In this document: positions 55,570 through 64,000 of the stretch, in pieces
How the letters are laid out: each line of letters opens with the position of its first letter
Numbering within the stretch: position 1 is the stretch's first letter
Assembly (NCBI GenBank): GCA_964016885.1
Contig: OZ024740.1
Span: 368,342,001 to 368,406,000 of the forward strand
DNA from: Eledone cirrhosa
Taxonomy: Eukaryota
Length of the DNA: 64,000 bases
Direction: 5' to 3'
Translations under genes and position numbers: made by a program
The notes under the pieces: model-generated
Told to the model about the DNA's origin: nothing
What the model saw: only the letters and a program-made list of their open reading frames with translations
Databases searched by the model: none

Positions 55570-56982
55570 GAGGTATCTGATTTTTAATGCGATGAAATAC
55601 CAATGATCGTTGGCAAATCACTGATGAGGGACTCATTTTATAACATGCAATCCATGTGCAACCATGCAGTATTCTTCTCCCCATATTTTTCATATATTTA
55701 CCTAAACTGCGATTCTATGTTTCTCTCTTTCTCTCTTACTGCTCCCTCGTTCTCTCTGTTTCTCTTACTTTCTTTCTCCCCTTCTTACTTCCTCCCGTCC
55801 GCTACGAACCCGATTTTCCTTCTTTCTCACATCGGATTCACTGGCGAAAGGTCTGTTTCTTACTCGCTCATGTATTCACCCAGCTTATACTGACAGAATA
55901 ACCATGTTGCTTGTGTTTCTTTCCATCTTCGGTTAGCTTTCCCCTGTGTTGTTTACTTGTCTCACTCGCTTTACGCGTTTCAATTGTCCTAATAACTTAT
56001 TTTAGTTATTTCGCACCAACGTGAGGTATATGATTTTAAGTTCGATCAAATCATAGACGAGGAGAGATACAGACCGTCCGAGGCGAGTGAGATATAAGCG
56101 AGAAAAGGATTTCACACACGTCAAACGGGAGGAAGTGAGAGAGGGGGAGTAGTAGAGAGTGATCTGTGTGAAATCCTTTTCTCGCTTATATCTCACTCGC
56201 CTCGGACGGTCTGAATCTCTCCTCGTCTATGATTTCATCGAACTTAAGTTCACAGATATCATAGACTTGTTTCTCCTCTTTCTCTCTTTCCGATGCATTA
56301 CCATCTCTGTTTGTTTGCATGTCTCGCTCTCTCACCCTATTTTACGTGTCCCAATAATTTTTTTGGATATTGCTCGCACTAGCTAGAGGTATATGATCTT
56401 TAATGCAAAGAAATACCAATGACGGTTGGAACATCACTGATGATGGTTTATTTTTTTCATATGTATCCCATTTGCAACACGCAGCACGCCATTTTTCACA
56501 TATGTATATTTATATTTTTCCCTCCGCTGTGAACTGTCTGTTTCTTTCTTACTGCTTCCCCTTTCTCTGTATCTCTCACCTTCATTGTACCCTCTCTGCC
56601 AGTCACTCTCTCTCAGCTGGCCTCTTCCTCACACTTTCACTCACTCACTCTCTGCTACTCCCCGTCTCTCACTTCCTCCCGTTTGACCTGTGTGAAATCC
56701 TTTTCTCGCTTACATCTCACTTGGCTCGGACGATCTGTATCTCTCCCCGTCTATGAGTTGATCGAATTTAAGTTCACAGTTATCACGGACTTGTTTCTCC
56801 TCTTCCTCTCTTTCCGTTGCATTACCATCTCTGTTTGTTTACATACCTCGCCCTCTTCACCCTATTTTACGTGTCCCAATAACTGTTTTTAGTTATTGCT
56901 CGCACCAGCCAGAGTTATATGATCTTTAATGTGAAGAAATACCAATGACGGTTGGAAGATCACTAATGACGGACTAATTTTA

Positions 56983-56990
<8 letters not shown>
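55570..56990 (+). repeat. Diverged ~500-bp tandem repeat family with an internal inversion (56035-56140 vs 56160-56247)
   Basis: GAAATACCAATGA..GTTGG...ATCACT.ATGA recurs at ~55595, 56410 and 56936. TGTGTGAAATCCTTTTCTCGCTTA occurs in both orientations. Confidence 0.75.
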
Positions 56991-57055
<65 letters not shown>

Positions 57056-57247
57056 AGGAAAGGAATGACTTCACTTGTAGTTCTAAGCAATTTGATATAA
57101 TTTTATAATATTATGAATTGGTAGATCTATTATATTCTTTGTAAACTTCGGTGCGAATATTTTTAAAGATTCCTGGTTAACTTTCCTGGAATCTTTAAAA
57201 TTCTCCCAACTTAAGTTAATAAAGAACTTACTCGGTCTACTAAATCA

Positions 57248-57420
57248 TAATTGTTTCTACTTTAGGCACAAGGCCAGCAATTACCCAGTGCATTACTGGT
57301 ACTTTATTTTATCGACCCCGTAAGGATGAAAGGCAAAGTCAACCTCGGCGGGATTTGAACTCAGATCGTAAAGGGACGTAACTATGCTGGAAAGCATGAC
57401 GTCCGACCCTCTACCGATAC
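57248..57420 (-). mobile_element. Near-complete SINE copy
   Basis: Reverse complement of the SINE, including the head (TCGGTAGAGGGTCGGACG...GAGTTCAAATCCCGCCGAGG). Confidence 0.8.
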
Positions 57421-57538
57421 TGTCTACTAAATCATAATATTATAAAATTAGATCAAATTCGTTAGAACTACAAGTGAAGTCATTTTTTCCTTTTTTTAAA
57501 TATACCTAACTGTACCGAAGGATTTCACATATTTTCCA

Positions 57539-57634
<96 letters not shown>

Positions 57635-59384
57635 TGTATATTTGTTTACTATACACCTTTCATATTTTATTTCATACACAGACGCATACACTGATAACAC
57701 ACATAGATACACATACATAAACGCACATACATACGCATACACACGCCCGCTAACATAAGATACATAATCACAGCTACACACGTAGATACCGACACACACA
57801 CACTTTTATCAACGCTATACAAAAGACGTACAAAAGAGAAATATGCACTCTCACGAAATGCACTCTATCTGAATACACGTAACAGTACCAATGACGCTTC
57901 TGGACTCGCCGCCTCGACGCACAGACCCCGCACGCTGGACTATGCACCAGACATCCTCACACATGATAAAAACGTTTTTTCCTCACTCCAACCTTATAAC
58001 CTCCGTTTTTACTACCCCCTCCTGGCACAAACTTGCTCTTTCTTTGTGAATCATTTATGTCCGATACCTTGAGACATTCATATAATTCTTTTTTTTTGCA
58101 TTTTCATTCAAATGCTAGAAGGTAGAAATACTTTGCGTGTATGTCTGTCTGCGTTTGTCACGTTTACTTTCGAACTATATATATACACACATCTCATCAT
58201 GTACTATCGTATATTCAATCCCTCCATCTTCTCACACCTTCTAATAATTCCCGACTTGATTCTCTACCATTCATATTCATGTTGTCTTACATACACAGCA
58301 CACTATTAACCAATTGTGTACGTAACACGCTCATCCTTTTTATCGCACAGAAGTATGTTGAAAACTGATTAGTTTGTGCACGGTATGTATATATGTAAAT
58401 ATGGATGCATGTATGTATGCATGTATATATTTATATATGTACGTTTGTATATATTACGTATGTATGTGTGTATGCATGTGTAGATATAGCCATTTCTATG
58501 CAGATTCAGATAATTATACCAATATATACAGACAGTGAGGGACATAGTGTGAAATACAGAAAGCGATAACGAAAATCTAATGCATATACAAAACATATTC
58601 ATATATAATTTATGTTATTTGTTCGAGGAGTATCTTGTTATTATTTTGCCGTGTTTGTATTTTCTTCAGCTAGCGATTTGTTTATTATAATATTGATTTG
58701 TTCATGTCACTCACAGTAGAATATATTTACATCCAAACAAGCATTGATCAGCTATCAAGAAGATTGATTATACATGATCGTTCCCTCAGTTTTTGTAAAT
58801 ATTTCGTATTCTTTGGAGGATAAAATTAAAGAAACAAAACTCTATGCAGCTTTTCTTTCATTTTAGTCTATATGTTTTACATTATTTGTTCTATTTTTAA
58901 TAAAGACAGTTTGTTATTTTTTTCTCCCTCAGTGTTATTAGCATTATAATTTTGTTCTGACATTGTCCATTATATATAGAATATCTTTGAATATATCAAG
59001 TGAAATAAACAAAATAATTATACAGCGCTATATTATCTAGATTAAGCTAACATCGTTTTCATTTACCCATGTCTCTCATGATTACTTTTTTATTAGGATC
59101 AAATGCATGCCAGAGAAGGAATTCCAGTGCTTTAAAAACCGATTCTATTTGCAACAATATTAGCCAGCTCTTTGATCATGCATATAACACGAAAGGTGGG
59201 AAATTATGGAAATGTGGATAGGATGATCGCTACCTAACAAGACTACAACTGGTTCAAGTCAACTGTGAGGCATCAATTTATACTACAAATATGTATTTAC
59301 AAGAAACAGGCGTTTGACGGGGGGTGTTATATATATATAATAAAATAACAGTAGCATGGACTGGTGTAATTCCTTAAAGGTTTA

Positions 59385-59445
59385 TTATACTATGAACATT
59401 TCAATGACCGGGTTCAGTATGAATCCGGTGACATCATCAGGTAAT
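59385..59445 (-). ncRNA. Probable type I hammerhead at the end of a terminal-repeat-like fragment
   Basis: Minus strand reads TAC-CTGATGA-TGTCACCGGATTCA TAC TGAACCCGGTCATT-GAAA-TGTTCA-TA-GTA, then AATAAA, a short tail and (TA)n. Confidence 0.6.
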
Positions 59446-60550
59446 CGAAATTTAACAAAGGAATATAATAGACAGAATCCATGGGGTTGAAAAAGCAGAG
59501 AGATGAGAAGGCGGCCAAACAATTAGCAGTTGCCAATCCGGTTGGCCGCCCTCCAGTGAGGACTACTAAGTCTTGTTATGTCGTTATGGTAAGGGGCCGC
59601 AAAATTATAGTGCACTACTACCAGTCCGTCATAGATAGAGGCTAGTGCTATGATCAGGTGACATAAGAGTTGGTCAGAAGTGCTAAAAAGTGCTAAGAAA
59701 TATATTTTTCCCAAAAACATATATCTTTAGCAAAACTATATTTAGTGGGTACCTGTACAGTATATTTTTTATTGTAGGGTCAGAAACTACGATTAAAGAT
59801 TAGAAATGTAAAATTTATGTTTAGAATTAAAAGATGTCATTTAAGATAATATTGGACAGTTAAGATTTAGGTTTGAAGTTGGGAGATTTAGTTAAATAAT
59901 TTACAGAAGGACGTATTTATGAAAAGTTTAAGTTTATTATTGATAGTCACAATAAAGTTTCAGGGTAGAATATAAAGTTAAGATTAAGATTAAAAAGTAA
60001 GATTAAGCCCATGTTTAAGAGTACCGTTTGGCGGTCAATAACCAGTGGCGCGATGTATTCCAAGCCCGCCCAGAGCCCAAGGGCGTAACAGCCGTTCCGA
60101 GTATTTTCGTTTACCAAAAGAAGGGGAAATTTATTTTTCCAAGCACTCTAGGAAGGCTGATCGACTCGAGCGCCTGGCGTGCAAGCGGGAAGGCCGCCAC
60201 ATCCGTACCAAACGATTATTACTTAATCACACACTTGATGTGAAGTTTAAAAGTGGCACAATCTGATGAAATGTGTAAGGAGACTATATTTAGTCCCAAG
60301 TTAGCCCGGATTATTTGAATTTATATGCAGTGCGATTCCTGGGTGGGTAGGGTGAGTGATTAAAGATAAACAGATATAAAATGTACAGAAAGTAATATTC
60401 TGTCTTGTGCTAAATTTAGGTAACAGATGAGTACAAGGATAATTATATCAGGAGAATAAAGTGAATAAATATATTTAATACACTAATACTACATCAATGT
60501 TGACTATACAGAATGACCAGTTCTATCCAGTGGTGAACCAACACACCTAA

Positions 60551-60582
<32 letters not shown>

Positions 60583-60933
60583 GTGTGTGTAGATAAATCT
60601 ACCTAAATATGCGTATGAAAAACTCAATGTAATCCCAATATAGAAGATATTATAAAAAGAGATGCATTAAAAAATTTACGATAAAACTCATAGGAAAACA
60701 GACTCAAGATAAATTAATAAAAACAATGAAATAAAAACAAAGAACAAGTTCCTTATATCAAACAATTCATCATTTTACGATCGTCTCTGGGATGTATAAG
60801 TGTGTTGGTATGTATATCATGTTTAAGATCTATATAAAAATATTACAAATTATCAGAGAAAATATACATATTTTCACATATACATACCGTCCTCAGAAAT
60901 CATTTCTGAGGACGGCGTGTATATGTGAATGTA

Positions 60934-61003
<70 letters not shown>

Positions 61004-61039
61004 AAAGAATAGAGGTGTAACACACAAGTTATTATATAT

Positions 61040-61623
61040 TGGTAAACGGTATAGTAAATGCTGACAAATTGTCCACAGTTGAAAAATGGTTTAATTAGGA
61101 ATAAAAGAGTATTAGTGATTGTATGGGTTAGTATTCAGTTGTGTTTTAAGTTTTTAAGTTTTTACCGGTTGCGCATTTCTAAATGCTTTTCAAAAATAAT
61201 TTTGAGATAGAGTGTCCGTGTTGTTTGCTCTGATCTGATTAGTTTTGGGAATTCTACCTGTTTTTATGTAAAAAAAAGTGGCTCCAGCGTTACTTTTGTG
61301 TTGCAAAAATTATTGTGGTCAAAACAATTTTGATTGGTTGGTAGAGGTCATGTGAATGTAAAAAATTGATTTTGCGCCAAGACTGTTTTTCTGTTAAAAA
61401 AGTGGCTCCAGCGCTATTTGGTGTTTGCAAAAATTCTTGTGGTCAAAACAATTTTGATTGGTCAGTAGAGGTCATGTGAATAAAAAATTGGTTTTGCGCC
61501 AAGATTGAGAAATGACTCTTTCACAACAAATATGTGTGTGTGTGAGTGTGTGTGTAGTAGTAGTAAGGTGTTCGATGGTGTGATAATGGTTAGCAGGGAT
61601 GTGTGTCAAATGGCTATTAAGAT

Positions 61624-61700
<77 letters not shown>

Positions 61701-61881
61701 GCAGAGTAATTCGTGGTAGCAGGGATGGTCAGTAAGAATGTGTCTGAAAGCAATGGGGGGTATTTTAGCATGTCAAAAGATATTTTTCAGCTTTTGTCTT
61801 ATACGGAGAAGTGCGCGTGTGTGTGTGTGTGTGTATAAGTCTCTTTGTATGTTAATGTACGCGTGTGTATGTGTGTGTGTG

Positions 61882-61958
<77 letters not shown>

Positions 61959-62104
61959 ACCAGTATTTTTTCCCCCTGGTAAAATGGTGTACATTATTCG
62001 ATTTTTTCAGTAAAATCGGTTCTCTTAATAGAACATCAAAAATCTTAACAATAAAAGGTGTGAAATGATATTCACTACATATATATACACATACATATAT
62101 TCAC

Positions 62105-62164
<60 letters not shown>

Positions 62165-62450
62165 TTTTTCTGTGTTGCACCATAGAGCATGTGTGTTTCC
62201 GTATGTCATTGTGTTTATATGTGGGTGGAGATGTGTGCTGATGTAGGTATGTATGTTAACGTGTGTATGTTGTGGGTTCGTCTTAGGGAGAAGTGTTTAG
62301 ACGGGGTCCGTATTTGTTAATGAAGTACGTACACACGTTAACATACATACCTACATCAGCACACATCTCCACCCACATATAAACACAATGACATACGTAA
62401 ACACACATGCTCTATGGTGCAACACAGAAAAATATATGTGTATATATATG

Positions 62451-62488
<38 letters not shown>

Positions 62489-62710
62489 CTGAATATATGT
62501 ATGTGTATATATATGTAGTGAATATTATTTCACACCTTTTATTGTTAAGATTTTTGATGTTCTATTAAGAGAACCGATTTTACTGAAAAAATCGAATAAT
62601 GTACACCATTTTACCAGGGGGAAAAATATACTGGTCCACCCCCCCCCCCCCACACACACACATATATACACACACACATACACACGCGTACATTAACATA
62701 CAAAGCGACT

Positions 62711-62747
<37 letters not shown>

Positions 62748-62856
62748 TTCTCCGTATAAGACAAAAGCTGAAAAATATCTTTTGACATGCTAAAATACCC
62801 CCATTGCTTTCAGACACATTCTTACTGACCATCCCTGCTACCACGAATTACTCTGC

Positions 62857-62919
<63 letters not shown>

Positions 62920-63505
62920 ATCTTAATAGCCATTTGACACACATCCCTGCTAACCATTATCACAACATCGAACACCTTACTACTACTACACACACACTCA
63001 GACACACACATATTTGTTGTGAAAGAGTCATTTCTCAATCTTGGCGCAAAACCAATTTTTTATTCACATGACCTCTACCGACCAATCAAAATTGTTTTGA
63101 CCACAAGAATTTTTGCAAACACCAAATAGCGCTGGAGCCACTTTTTTAACAGAAAAACAGTCTTGGCGCAAAATCAATTTTTTACATTCACATGACCTCT
63201 GCCGACCAATCAAAATTGTTTTGACCACAATAATTTTTGCAACACCAAAGTAACGCTGGAGCCACTTTTTTAACATAAAAACAGGTAGAATTCCCAAAAC
63301 TAATCAGATCAGAGCAAACAACACGGACACTCTATCTCAAAATTATTTTTGAAAAGCATTTAGAAATGCGCAACCGGTAAAAACTTAAAAACTTAAAACA
63401 CAACTGAATACTAACTGATACAATCACTAATACTCTTTTATTCCTAATTAAACCATTTTTCAACTGTGAACAATTTGTCAGCATTTTCTATTCCGTTTAC
63501 TAATA
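61040..63505 (-). mobile_element. ~2.5-kb fold-back: extreme 5'-truncated PLE 3' region (minus strand) with an inverted duplicate
   Basis: Arms ~61040-62266 and ~62331-63505 are near-perfect reverse complements. The loop read on the minus strand encodes FINKYGPRLNTSP*, matching the GIY-YIG C-terminus FIQKYRPTLNKV* at ~553-591. Confidence 0.8.
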
Positions 63506-64000
63506 TATATATATATATATACATATATATATTCATGTTGCTCTCAGCTATTGAATATTGAGGGAGACACGTATGCATGCGCGAAAGTTATTACAAAGTT
63601 AAAATTAAAGATTTAAATATGCACATCTGAAATGTATGTAGAGAATTATGTAGGGAATTATATAATTGCCACGTCTTTACAGAATTAACGTAATGTGTTT
63701 ATATTTTATCTTAGTCTGAAGAGAAGAGTTGGAAACACAGGCATAAAAAAGAGCTAATATAATCAAATATATATTTGGAAATATAAGCTTTTACATCGTG
63801 TTTAATTGCTTAATACTGCTCTACGATTTGCGTATCACACGTGTATGTTCATTGTTACATTCGCAATTCCAGTCAAATTTCTTTGATTTTAGAAGCATCC
63901 ACATCTTGTAGCTTCAATAAAAGGATATATATAGAAAGAACAACGTATACAATATAAAATACAACGTAATATATTTACCTACGCAGTGACATCCATTGGT

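Noticed and set aside
60887-60915. Hairpin CCGTCCTCAGAAAT/ATTTCTGAGGACGG containing CTGAGGA
   Set aside because: The palindrome is real, but stems II and III of a hammerhead are not convincingly formed.

Overview
AT-rich, microsatellite-saturated animal genomic DNA with no convincing host gene. It is most likely an octopus or other cephalopod, inferred from the tRNA-derived SINE family and the (TA)n/(CA)n density. The window is dominated by Penelope-like elements (PLEs; RT + GIY-YIG) of at least three families, one decayed but cleanly bounded Helitron, SINEs and many fold-back (inverted-repeat) insertions in (TA)n tracts. The standout is a ~4.9-kb, almost perfectly homogeneous tandem array of a 310-bp non-coding unit (15217-20094). 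Every unit carries a type I hammerhead ribozyme (HHR), and the array is headed by an inverted copy, which fits a retrozyme-like non-autonomous retroelement with a predicted circular RNA. Two further non-coding HHR families (13174-13500, 29478-30655) share this inverted-head architecture, and about ten distinct HHR variants mark PLE terminal repeats across the window. All structures were paired by eye; no searches or folding were run.
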